Under the pieces are notes generated by a model that was not told the origin of the DNA, searched no databases, and saw nothing but the letters and a program-made list of their open reading frames with translations. Shown here one piece after another: positions 50,809-60,500 of a DNA stretch of 64,000 nucleotides. The translations under genes and the position numbers were made by a program. The DNA is from a virus. Its lineage: Duplodnaviria; Caudoviricetes. Position 1 is the first letter of the stretch. Every line of letters begins with the position of its first letter. The stretch lies in IMG/VR virus record IMGVR_UViG_3300044695_004869. One strand, 5' to 3'.

Positions 50809-51840
50809 TTACATCCCAAATCTTGATTTTTGGGAATTAAAGTTTTGGAGAACTTCCGAATCTGATAATACTCTTTCATAAAGTAATAATATGGCTATAT
50901 TACCGGGGAACGGATATTGATTGTTTGTATAATTACCTAAACGTAATCTACTACCTATGGATGGTTGGTAAAGTGAATCGGTGTAATTTGAAGAAGATGT
51001 GTTGAATACTCCGTTAACATAAATTTTTGCAGTGGCGAGTTGATTTTGTAAATCATACAATAAAGTGTAAGTAAAATTATACCATATGTTATTACTGAAA
51101 GTCGCACCCGTTGTATATAAATTTCTTTGACTTGTTGTCCCCCCTGTAATTGTACGATATGATACCTGATATCTATTTATATCCGAACCGCTATTTGTTC
51201 CTCTAAATGCCATATATGGTATAAAATTACTCATCATCATATTGAACACATTTCCGTCCGAAGTCCTTTTAACCCATACGCTCCATGTCATACCTGACAC
51301 CATAGTATAACGGTCATCACTAACCACCTCATCATCAGTGCCGTCAAACACTAAGGAACCCCCACCATCCGTTGAATAAGTTACCCCATTTAATAAAGTG
51401 AAACTCAATGTATTGTTATTATTACCAACATTATAGAATGTTGTTCCGGATATAGGATATGAAGGAATATATCCGGCATCTAAACATACGGATAAACCAC
51501 TTGTTACTATTCCTTCATAATCTCTATTTACACAAACATAATTTGATTGTGTTGCATACCAATCTAAACATTGTGTTACCGTTGAGAAGTTTTGACCTGA
51601 TACTCCATTTGTATATGTTATAAGATTAACATCATTTGTTGCACTATAAAAACTAAGTTTTGATGTTTCACTTGAGTTATATGAATATATCGTATAACCT
51701 CCTGTTGTTGGTGCAACTCCATTATAATATGTGGTGGCACTTGATGGTCCCTTTCCAACATCACCAACACCAAAAAAGATATTTCCCTTTTTTAATGATA
51801 AGGTATCTCCTGTTGTTGAATATTTAATTGCGTTTGGCAT
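50809..51840 (-). CDS. LamG-like domain protein with shared N-terminal anchor module
   Basis: YEGIVTSGLSVCLDAG..SYP, LVFDGTDD, AKIYVNG, GNIAILLLYERVLSDSEV. Confidence 0.75.
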   Translation of the reverse strand: MPNAIKYSTTGDTLSLKKGNIFFGVGDVGKGPSSATTYYNGVAPTTGGYTIYSYNSSETSKLSFYSATNDVNLITYTNGVSGQNFSTVTQCLDWYATQSNYVCVNRDYEGIVTSGLSVCLDAGYIPSYPISGTTFYNVGNNNNTLSFTLLNGVTYSTDGGGSLVFDGTDDEVVSDDRYTMVSGMTWSVWVKRTSDGNVFNMMMSNFIPYMAFRGTNSGSDINRYQVSYRTITGGTTSQRNLYTTGATFSNNIWYNFTYTLLYDLQNQLATAKIYVNGVFNTSSSNYTDSLYQPSIGSRLRLGNYTNNQYPFPGNIAILLLYERVLSDSEVLQNFNSQKSRFGM

Positions 51841-51862
51841 TTAATGTTTAATTATTTATATT

Positions 51863-52117
51863 TTAATTTTCATAACCATATAAAGTCCCGTTATCAATTA
51901 TTTTCCATATCGAATGAAAATTACTTGTTGGTCTCTCAACTAATAATTCATCAACATAATCCCACCAAGAATTAAGTTGTTGTTCTGTTAATGTTGAAGA
52001 GCATTGACCTCTATAATTAACACCATATGGTTGTTCTTGATCTAATTGAATAGAACTGTTACTACTATTGAATTGTATTATTTGATCATCTGTTGTTTTA
52101 AATTCTACCTGTCTCAT
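51863..52117 (-). CDS. Hypothetical protein
   Basis: 84-aa ORF overlapping the stop of the upstream gene (ATGA). Confidence 0.45.
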   Translation of the reverse strand: MRQVEFKTTDDQIIQFNSSNSSIQLDQEQPYGVNYRGQCSSTLTEQQLNSWWDYVDELLVERPTSNFHSIWKIIDNGTLYGYEN

Positions 52118-53829
52118 TTTACCATAATCATATAATGTTGAGTTCCCCCATAAGTTAATCCGTTTGAGACATATGTTCCAAAGTCATACACTCCACCGGT
52201 TGTTGTTTCTCCACCACACCAAGCACCTGAATAATAAAAGGCGGCACCACAATAAACAGTAGCCATTCCACCCCATCCTCCTCCATACCCTGCATAACCA
52301 CAACAATCTCTCATATAGTAAATATTATTATTTGTACCTGTTGTTGTATATCCAACTGCCCCTTGCATACCTGGATAATCCGTTGTACCGTAAACAGCAG
52401 TGTTACTTTTTATTGTGGAATTAGTGTATGATTGTTGAGTATCGGAACCAAAAAATGTTGAGTAGTTTATGGAAGATACTTTATAAATAAACGGACCCCA
52501 ACTATTATCCACGTTAGTTCTTTGGTTACCAAAAATGAAAGAGGTAAACGTTGCATTTCCGTCCCATATTTCTCCCCATCCTAATTGATATGCCTTAGAA
52601 AAATCATTTATATTACCTACCGTACCACCTTTCCAACCCCAGTTTTCACCATCTAAGTTTACTGATGGGGCACTTCTAGCGATTAGCGTCCACCCTCCAC
52701 CATCAGTTGTCATATCACAATGAACTTGATATGGTGATGAGGTCGGTCCACCAGGATAAACCCAATACAATCCGTCATATCCCGCAAGTTGTGGAAATGT
52801 GTCTATAATATCTTTACAAGTTTTACAAGTATTGAAAAATGATGGCCCACTATTTCTTAATGTTCGTGTGATTTCTGTTTGAGATAAAGCTCGGTTGTAA
52901 ATTGCCCATCTATATATGTTACCTTTCCACATATTATCACCTCTACCTAAATACTGAGTACCTCCATTAGTATCATAATATGGAGTTCCTCCAGCAAAAG
53001 ATCCTGCTGATATTGCATCGTGATAATATATTTGAGCTTGGGGGGTAATTGTTATAACCCCTAAATGATATCTTGTGGTACTTACAGTTACGGCATTAGA
53101 TACTCCACCGGCATAATTAGAACTAAAATGATAATATAATTGTGATGGGTTATTTGTTGGACTATATAAATAAAAATTAAAACTTCTACCAGATCCCGCA
53201 ACTCCAATCATACACCTAAATTGACTATTAAAATCTGTAAGAGCATCTATCTTATACCAAACCGCAATTGTTATACCCGCGGACCAAGTTATATTATTAA
53301 AATTATTGGAGTTCGCAATTGAAATTAAATCATCTGTACCATCAAAAGAAAATGTCCCCGTGGTACTATTCCAAGACGTACCATTAGACAAAGTACCATT
53401 TCCAACACTACCACTATTCATTAATGGGTAAAGTGTGGATCCATTTTTAGGGTATGATGAAACACAACTACTGTCGACTAAATATACTAATCCATTAGTG
53501 ATAACCGCATCATAATCTTTATCTAGTAAGAATTTATCTGTTTGAGTAATATAATAATTTAAACATTCATTCGCTGTTGTATAATTTGTACCTGCAATTT
53601 TGTTAGTTAAATCAATTAATTGAGTGTCGTTCGATGGTACATATATTGATGGACCATTGGATGTCTTATTAAGATATATTGTATATCCACCACGAGGAGG
53701 TGAGATACCATTCCAATAACCTGAGGTACTTGTAGGTCCTTTTCCTACATCATTCGTACCAATCCAAAAGTCACCCTTTTTAAGAGCCAATGTTTGGGCC
53801 GTCGCACTATATTTTATTGAATTTGGCAT
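52114..53829 (-). CDS. LamG-like plus fibrinogen-C/intelectin-like domain protein
   Basis: LamG: FSFDGTDD...WKGNIYRWAIYNRALSQTEI; fibrinogen-like: CKDI...DGLYWVYP...VHCDMTTDGGGWTLI. Confidence 0.75.
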   Translation of the reverse strand: MPNSIKYSATAQTLALKKGDFWIGTNDVGKGPTSTSGYWNGISPPRGGYTIYLNKTSNGPSIYVPSNDTQLIDLTNKIAGTNYTTANECLNYYITQTDKFLLDKDYDAVITNGLVYLVDSSCVSSYPKNGSTLYPLMNSGSVGNGTLSNGTSWNSTTGTFSFDGTDDLISIANSNNFNNITWSAGITIAVWYKIDALTDFNSQFRCMIGVAGSGRSFNFYLYSPTNNPSQLYYHFSSNYAGGVSNAVTVSTTRYHLGVITITPQAQIYYHDAISAGSFAGGTPYYDTNGGTQYLGRGDNMWKGNIYRWAIYNRALSQTEITRTLRNSGPSFFNTCKTCKDIIDTFPQLAGYDGLYWVYPGGPTSSPYQVHCDMTTDGGGWTLIARSAPSVNLDGENWGWKGGTVGNINDFSKAYQLGWGEIWDGNATFTSFIFGNQRTNVDNSWGPFIYKVSSINYSTFFGSDTQQSYTNSTIKSNTAVYGTTDYPGMQGAVGYTTTGTNNNIYYMRDCCGYAGYGGGWGGMATVYCGAAFYYSGAWCGGETTTGGVYDFGTYVSNGLTYGGTQHYMIMVK

Positions 53830-53886
53830 TTAATCTTTATTTTATAAATACTTTAACTTTTAAACTTGGTTGTTATTTTTAACGAT

Positions 53887-56814
53887 ATGGAAAAGATTAA
53901 ATTATTATACTTAACACCCCACCTATCAACAGGGGGTATGCCTCAATTCGTCTTAAAAAGAATTCAATCATTACAAGAATATAAAGATCAGATTGAGATA
54001 TTTTTAGTTGAATACTCTCAATTCAGTTCAACATATGTTGTACAAAGAGATCAAATTATAAAATTATTAGGAAATAATCACTTCTTCACGTTAGGCGGAA
54101 CTGATGAGGTTGACAAAAAAAATATGTTGATTGACATCTTAAAAAACAATAAGATTGATATTCTTCATTCAGAAGAAATGATTGATGGATTTGAATCGTT
54201 TAATAAAGTTCCAATTGATCTACTAAACCAAATTTACTCTAACGATAGAACTTGGAGAATTATTGAGACGTGTCATAATATTTGGTTTAACCCACTATCA
54301 GATAAAAAATTACATCCTGACGCTTATTCTCTTGTAACACCATATCATATGGAGGTTTCTTTTAAAGATACCCCCCCAATGAAATTTCTATCAACATATC
54401 CATATGAAAACAAAGTAACACCTATCTTAGCGGAAAATGAAATCTATGGTGATTTCAAACAATTACCTCTTATACATAAAATAAAAGTTAGAGAAGAACT
54501 TGGTTTGGATATGTTTAAAACTCACGTATTAAATGTGGGATTATGGACAAGTGGTAAAAATCAAGGTGAGGGTGTTGAGGTCGCAAGAACTTTGGTTGAA
54601 TCTAATCCTGATATTCAATTCCATTTTATTGGAAATCAAGCACCAAACTTTGAGGACTATTGGGGTCCGATTATGAAGAACTTACCATCAAATGTTAAAG
54701 TATGGGGTGAAAGAAATGATGTTGATAAATTTATGCAAGCCTCCGATGTTTTAATGTTTAATTCAACTTGGGAATGTAATCCTTTGGTTATTAGAGAATC
54801 TATTAACTATGGTATGAAAATATTAACAAGAAATCTACCACAATATATGGGAATGTTTGATAAATACATTAAACCAATTAGTGGTGAGATCGAAGACATT
54901 TCAAAACAATTAGTTAAACTTATTAATAATGAACACACATATGACATACCAAACGATACTGATTTTGGTGATAACCTTTTGTCAATGTATCGTATTGTTC
55001 TAAATGAACAAATAAGACATAACGAACCAATTAAAAATGATTACATTTATACACAACATTATGTGTGTCAACCATTTTTTGAATTTAGAGGTCAAAGTGA
55101 AAATAAGTTTTTAATTAAAATGTTTGATGGTGATGACAATCTTATTTATAGTAATACGTTATCAATTAATAGTTGGATTAAATTAAATAGAGAATATTAT
55201 ACAGATTGGAGAACAGAGGTGTGGGAAAATGATGAATTGATTTATGAAAATAAAATTAACTTAGAAGGAAAAAGAGTTTATATATCGTTCGGATCAAAAT
55301 CATTAGGGGATACAATGGCTTGGATTCCTTATGTTGAGGAATTTAGATTAAAACATAAATGCGAATTAATTGTCTCGACATTTATGAACCAACTATTTGT
55401 TGATCAATATCCAAATATTGAATTTGTTGATCCGGGAAATGTTGTTATGAATATTCATGCCCAATATAGAATAGGGTGGTTCTATAATGAAGATGGTTCC
55501 GTAAATTATAATATGACACCAAATGATTATAAAAAACAACCATTACAAAAAACCGCAACAGATATATTAGGTCTTGAATATAATGAGATAAAACCAAAAC
55601 TTAAATTACCAAATGTTCCAAAAAAGAAAAAAGTCGGTATTGGATTTCACTCAACGGCGCAGTCAAAATATTGGAATAACCCAAATGGATGGCAAGAAGT
55701 TATTGATTATCTTATAAATTTAGGATACGAATGTATGATTTATTCTAAAGAGGGGGATGGGTATATGAATAACCATTACCCAAAAGGAGTAACTATTTTT
55801 GAAGGGGGTGACCTACAAAAAGTAATTAATGATCTTGTTACTTGCGAATTCTTTATTGGTTTGGGATCAGGGTTATCTTGGTTAGCGTGGGCTTGTGAAT
55901 TACCGATAGTTTTAATATCAGGATTTAGTGAGAAATGGGCAGAAACAACTTTAGACACATATAGAGTTATTAATGAAAATGTTTGTCACGGATGTTTTAA
56001 TTCGGAAAAATTAGATGCGGGAGATTGGAATTGGTGTCCATTACATAAAGGTACCAATAGAATGTTTGAATGTACAAAACAAATTACATCTCAAATGGTT
56101 ATTTCTGAAATAAATAAAATTCTTAAAAAAGAAAATCTTCCTGTTTTTGATTGGGGTTGGATGAATACAGATATCATTAATGCCCAATATCATAAAGAAG
56201 TTATGTACAATGAAATTTTTATTGATAAGGTTTATGAAAGATTTTTTGAGGTTGAGGAAGGTGATATTGTATTTGATATTGGATCAAGTGTTGGTCCTTT
56301 TACAAAATCAATTTTACATAAAAAACCAAAGCACGTATTCTGTATTGAACCAAGTACCTCCGAATTTAAAACTTTAGTTAAAAACACCTTAGGTTATCCT
56401 GTAACACAAATAAATAAAGGTATTGGTTTTACAAACGGGATTGTTGAATCTAATGAACTTTTTGGTGGGGAAACACATATGGAATCTATAAATTTTAAAA
56501 AACTATTGGATCTTTATGGAATTGAAAAAATTGATTTCTTAAAAACAGATTGTGAAAGTGGTGAATATGAAATCTTTAGAGATGAAAACGTTGAATTCAT
56601 TAAGAATAATGTTAAAAAGATTTCAGGTGAGTGGCACTTAAGAACGGATGAAAGTAGAGAAAAATTCAGACATTTTAGAGATAATGTATTACCTAACTTT
56701 GATAATTACCAAATATTCTCTGTTGATAATATTGATATCAAATGGGAATTGTGGACCGAAAGATTTCTTGAATGGTATGACGAAATAATTATCTATATTG
56801 ATAATAGAAAATAA
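53887..56814 (+). CDS. Tri-domain enzyme: GT4-like + TibC/Aah-like protein O-glycosyltransferase + FkbM methyltransferase
   Basis: GT4: VLNVGLW...KNQ, FMQASDV..FNSTWECNPLVIRE; TibC-like: SKSLGDTMAW, STAQSKYWNN, FIGLGSGLSWLAW, CHGC/WCP/FECTK; FkbM: VFDIGSSVG, IDFLKTDCESGEY. ATG 53887 preferred. Confidence 0.75.
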   Translation: MEKIKLLYLTPHLSTGGMPQFVLKRIQSLQEYKDQIEIFLVEYSQFSSTYVVQRDQIIKLLGNNHFFTLGGTDEVDKKNMLIDILKNNKIDILHSEEMIDGFESFNKVPIDLLNQIYSNDRTWRIIETCHNIWFNPLSDKKLHPDAYSLVTPYHMEVSFKDTPPMKFLSTYPYENKVTPILAENEIYGDFKQLPLIHKIKVREELGLDMFKTHVLNVGLWTSGKNQGEGVEVARTLVESNPDIQFHFIGNQAPNFEDYWGPIMKNLPSNVKVWGERNDVDKFMQASDVLMFNSTWECNPLVIRESINYGMKILTRNLPQYMGMFDKYIKPISGEIEDISKQLVKLINNEHTYDIPNDTDFGDNLLSMYRIVLNEQIRHNEPIKNDYIYTQHYVCQPFFEFRGQSENKFLIKMFDGDDNLIYSNTLSINSWIKLNREYYTDWRTEVWENDELIYENKINLEGKRVYISFGSKSLGDTMAWIPYVEEFRLKHKCELIVSTFMNQLFVDQYPNIEFVDPGNVVMNIHAQYRIGWFYNEDGSVNYNMTPNDYKKQPLQKTATDILGLEYNEIKPKLKLPNVPKKKKVGIGFHSTAQSKYWNNPNGWQEVIDYLINLGYECMIYSKEGDGYMNNHYPKGVTIFEGGDLQKVINDLVTCEFFIGLGSGLSWLAWACELPIVLISGFSEKWAETTLDTYRVINENVCHGCFNSEKLDAGDWNWCPLHKGTNRMFECTKQITSQMVISEINKILKKENLPVFDWGWMNTDIINAQYHKEVMYNEIFIDKVYERFFEVEEGDIVFDIGSSVGPFTKSILHKKPKHVFCIEPSTSEFKTLVKNTLGYPVTQINKGIGFTNGIVESNELFGGETHMESINFKKLLDLYGIEKIDFLKTDCESGEYEIFRDENVEFIKNNVKKISGEWHLRTDESREKFRHFRDNVLPNFDNYQIFSVDNIDIKWELWTERFLEWYDEIIIYIDNRK

Positions 56815-56819
56815 TCCTT

Positions 56820-56848
56820 AACCCTCACCTAAAAAGTGGGGGTTTTTT
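56820..56848 (+). terminator. Terminator between convergent genes
   Basis: AACCCTCAC-CTAAAAA-GTGGGGGTT plus T tract. Confidence 0.7.
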
Positions 56849-56849
56849 A

Positions 56850-57548
56850 TTAACAAGGACCTTGATATGCTAGTGTAGAGGATCCGTCCCAATAGTAACA
56901 ATCAGTTCCGTCACTATAAAAGGCATCTCTCGCCGGAATTTTACAAAGATTATCATCAAATATTCCATCGGCATTTGCCAAATTACACGTACCACCACAA
57001 GGTAAGTGTAGGTAATATACTGCCGTTGTATTACAAGAACAAGCTTCCCCACATTCCGGACCATAACATAATTCTCTTTCACAACAAACTTCAACACAAG
57101 GTGTTGGAGTCGGAGTTGGTGTTGGCGTTGGACTTGATCCGGCCGATGTTGCCGTTGGTGTTGCCGTTGGAGCCGAGGTATTTGATGGAGTAACGGGTGG
57201 TGTTGATGCCGGTGTTGCCGGAGGAGTTCTTGTTGGTGTAGGTGTCATTGTTGGTGTACTAGGTGGTGTTTTTGTTGGGGTCGTCGTTGGTGTTACAGTT
57301 CTTGTTGGTGTATTAGTTGGTGTATTAGTCGGCGTATTAGGTGGTGTTCTTGTTGGAGTTGCGGTTCTTGTTGGTGTCATAGTTTGTGTTGGTACAGGAC
57401 TTCCTCCCGGTGTTCTTGTTGGTGTCACTGTTGGTGTTGGTGAACAGAAATCAATGTCATCCATTTTACTTGCATTTGCTTTAAGTATATCATCAACTTT
57501 GCTGATATTAGCACATAAAACGTCATTAACTTTACTTACTGTTGGCAT
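56850..57548 (-). CDS. Thr/Pro mucin-like protein with Cys-rich C-terminus
   Basis: Short N-terminal xxKVxxV repeat, about 115-aa TPT stalk, Cys-rich tail. Confidence 0.65.
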   Translation of the reverse strand: MPTVSKVNDVLCANISKVDDILKANASKMDDIDFCSPTPTVTPTRTPGGSPVPTQTMTPTRTATPTRTPPNTPTNTPTNTPTRTVTPTTTPTKTPPSTPTMTPTPTRTPPATPASTPPVTPSNTSAPTATPTATSAGSSPTPTPTPTPTPCVEVCCERELCYGPECGEACSCNTTAVYYLHLPCGGTCNLANADGIFDDNLCKIPARDAFYSDGTDCYYWDGSSTLAYQGPC

Positions 57549-57558
57549 ATTAAATAAA

Positions 57559-60500
57559 TTATACTAACTCAATCCAATCTTGTGAAGGGTTAAAGTAAAC
57601 TTCGTCAGTTGCAATTGCGTATCCGCAAACTCTCACAATATCGGCGGTTCCCGTTGGTTGAGTGGATGTTAGAGTATCTCCTGCGGTCGATAGGTAAACC
57701 GGAGCACCAATAGTAAATGACCAAGACGTATTTTTAAAGTAACCTCTTACTAACATACCTCTGTTATAAGCCACTGCATTAGTACATATACCAAGTAAGT
57801 TTCTTGATGCAGATGCGCTATCCGCATCTGCCGACAACCAAGTGTTGGATGATGATAAATATCTAACTTGTCCAACGGCGGGACTAAATCCTACATCACC
57901 AATAGATAATAATTCACCATAATGGTCACCATTTGACGCTAATCTTGATACAGGATCAGTGTTGATTGTATAATATCCTGATGTTCTTGTAACTTGGAAG
58001 TGATCTGATATTGTTGCACTTCCCGTAACATTTAGTAGGTTTGTTATTCCATTAAATGTTAAGTTAGGTTCTGAGTTTGCCGAATTTGCGGTTCCATTAG
58101 CGGTTAATATGTTATTATCTGTTGTTGGAGAAATTGAAGTAAATCCTGTACCTGATGTACCATTTGTTCCGGTAGTACCATTGGTACCTGATGTACCGTT
58201 TGTTCCTGAAGTTCCATTAGTTCCGTTTGTTCCATTTGTACCATTTGTTCCTGAAGTTCCATTAGTTCCGTTTGTTCCGTTGGTCCCATTTGTTCCTGAA
58301 GTTCCATTAGTACCGTTGGTTCCATTAGTTCCATTTGTACCTGATGTCCCATTAGTACCGTTCGTACCATTTGTTCCATTAGTTCCATTTGTACCTGATG
58401 TCCCATTAGTACCGTTCGTACCATTTGTTCCATTAGTTCCATTTGTACCTGATGTCCCATTAGTACCGTTCGTACCATTTGTTCCATTAGTTCCATTTGT
58501 ACCTGATGTCCCATTAGTACCGTTGGTTCCATTAGTTCCATTTGTACCTGATGTCCCATTAGTACCGTTGGTTCCATTAGTTCCATTTGTACCTGATGTC
58601 CCATTAGTACCATTAGTACCTGATGTTCCGGCAGCTCCGCTTACACCAGATGTCCCATCAGTTCCTGATGTACCATTTGTTCCGTTAGTCCCTGATGTTC
58701 CGTTTGTTCCACTAGTACCGTTAGTCCCTGACGTTCCATTGGTTCCGTTAGTTCCCGATGTTCCATCGGTTCCGCTAGTACCATCGGTTCCACTTGTTCC
58801 GTTTGTACCATTCGTTCCTGAAGTACCATTCGTTCCTGAAGTTCCATTAGTACCGTTGGTTCCTGATGTTCCGTTAGTACCGTTGGTTCCTGATGTTCCG
58901 TTAGTACCGTTGGTTCCTGATGTTCCGTTAGTACCGCTAGTTCCATTAGTACCATTGGTTCCTGAAGTTCCATTTGTTCCACTTGTTCCGTTTGTACCTG
59001 ACGTTCCATTAGTACCATTGGTTCCTGAAGTTCCATTAGTACCATTGGTTCCTGATGTTCCGTTAGTTCCTGAAGTTCCATTTGTGCCGTTTGTACCAGA
59101 AGTACCGTTGGTTCCATTTGTTCCTGAAGTTCCATTAGTACCGTTGGTTCCTGATGTTCCATTTGTACCGTTGGTACCATTTGTACCGCTAGTTCCGTTA
59201 GTACCTGATGTACCATTTGTTCCGCTAGTACCATTCGTTCCATTTGTTCCTGAAGTACCGTTAGTACCCGAAGTACCATTTGTGCCCGAAGTTCCATTTG
59301 TTCCGTTAGTACCTGAAGTCCCATTGGTTCCATTTGTTCCTGAAGTTCCGTTTGTACCACTTGAACCATTCGTTCCGTTAGTACCTGAGGTTCCATTGGT
59401 TCCATTTGTACCATTTGTCCCCGAAGTCCCGTTTGTACCACTTGATCCGTTTGTTCCTGAAGTTCCATTTGTTCCATTCGTACCGCTAGTTCCATTTGTT
59501 CCTGACGTTCCATTTGTACCGTTTGTTCCTGACGTTCCATTTGTTCCGCTAGTTCCATTAGTACCATTTGTTCCCGAAGTTCCATTTGTTCCATTCGTAC
59601 CGCTAGTTCCATTTGTTCCTGACGTTCCATTTGTACCGTTTGTTCCTGACGTTCCATTTGTTCCGCTAGTTCCATTAGTACCATTTGTTCCCGAAGTTCC
59701 GTTAGTTCCGCTAGTACCATTTGTTCCATTCGTACCTGAAGTACCATTAGTGCCATTAGTCCCATTCGTACCCGAAGTTCCATTTGTTCCTGACGTTCCA
59801 TTCGTACCATTTGTTCCTGAAGTCCCATTAGTTCCACTTGAACCATTTGTTCCATTCGTACCTGAAGTACCATTAGTACCATTAGTCCCATTCGTACCCG
59901 AAGTTCCATTTGTTCCTGACGTTCCATTCGTACCATTTGTTCCTGACGTTCCATTCGTACCATTTGTTCCTGAAGTCCCGTTAGTTCCAGATGTTCCGTT
60001 CGTACCTGAAGTCCCGTTAGTTCCATTTGTTCCACTAGTACCATTCGTACCTGATGTACCATTAGTACCGTTGGTACCACTTGAACCATTTGTTCCTGAG
60101 GTACCATTAGTCCCATTTAAACCACTTACACCTGAAGTTCCGTTAGTTCCAGATGTTCCATTTGTTCCGCTAGCACCATTTGTCCCGTTGGTCCCTGAAG
60201 TTCCATTCGTACCCGATGTACCATTAGTTCCGCTAGTACCGTTCGTACCATTAGTTCCGCTAGTACCGTTCGTTCCGTTAGTTCCGTTAGTACCGGATGT
60301 TCCATTAGTACCTGAAGTTCCATTAGTACCATTTGTTCCTGATGTCCCATTTGTTCCTGATGTTCCATTTGTCCCGTTAGTACCCGAAGTTCCATTAGTT
60401 CCATTAGTTCCTGAAGTTCCATTCGTTCCGCTAGTTCCATTTGTACCTGATGTTCCATTCGTTCCGTTTGTACCTGAAGTTCCATTTGTACCTGATGACC

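Noticed and set aside
11232-53850. Calling the TATAAATA strings canonical T4 gp55 late promoters
   Set aside because: They are consistently on the template strand relative to the downstream gene, the opposite of T4
57559-57837. Stand-alone 92-aa ORF
   Set aside because: It is only the end of the giant collagen ORF. The finder started at the first in-frame TTG because the repeat has no start codons.
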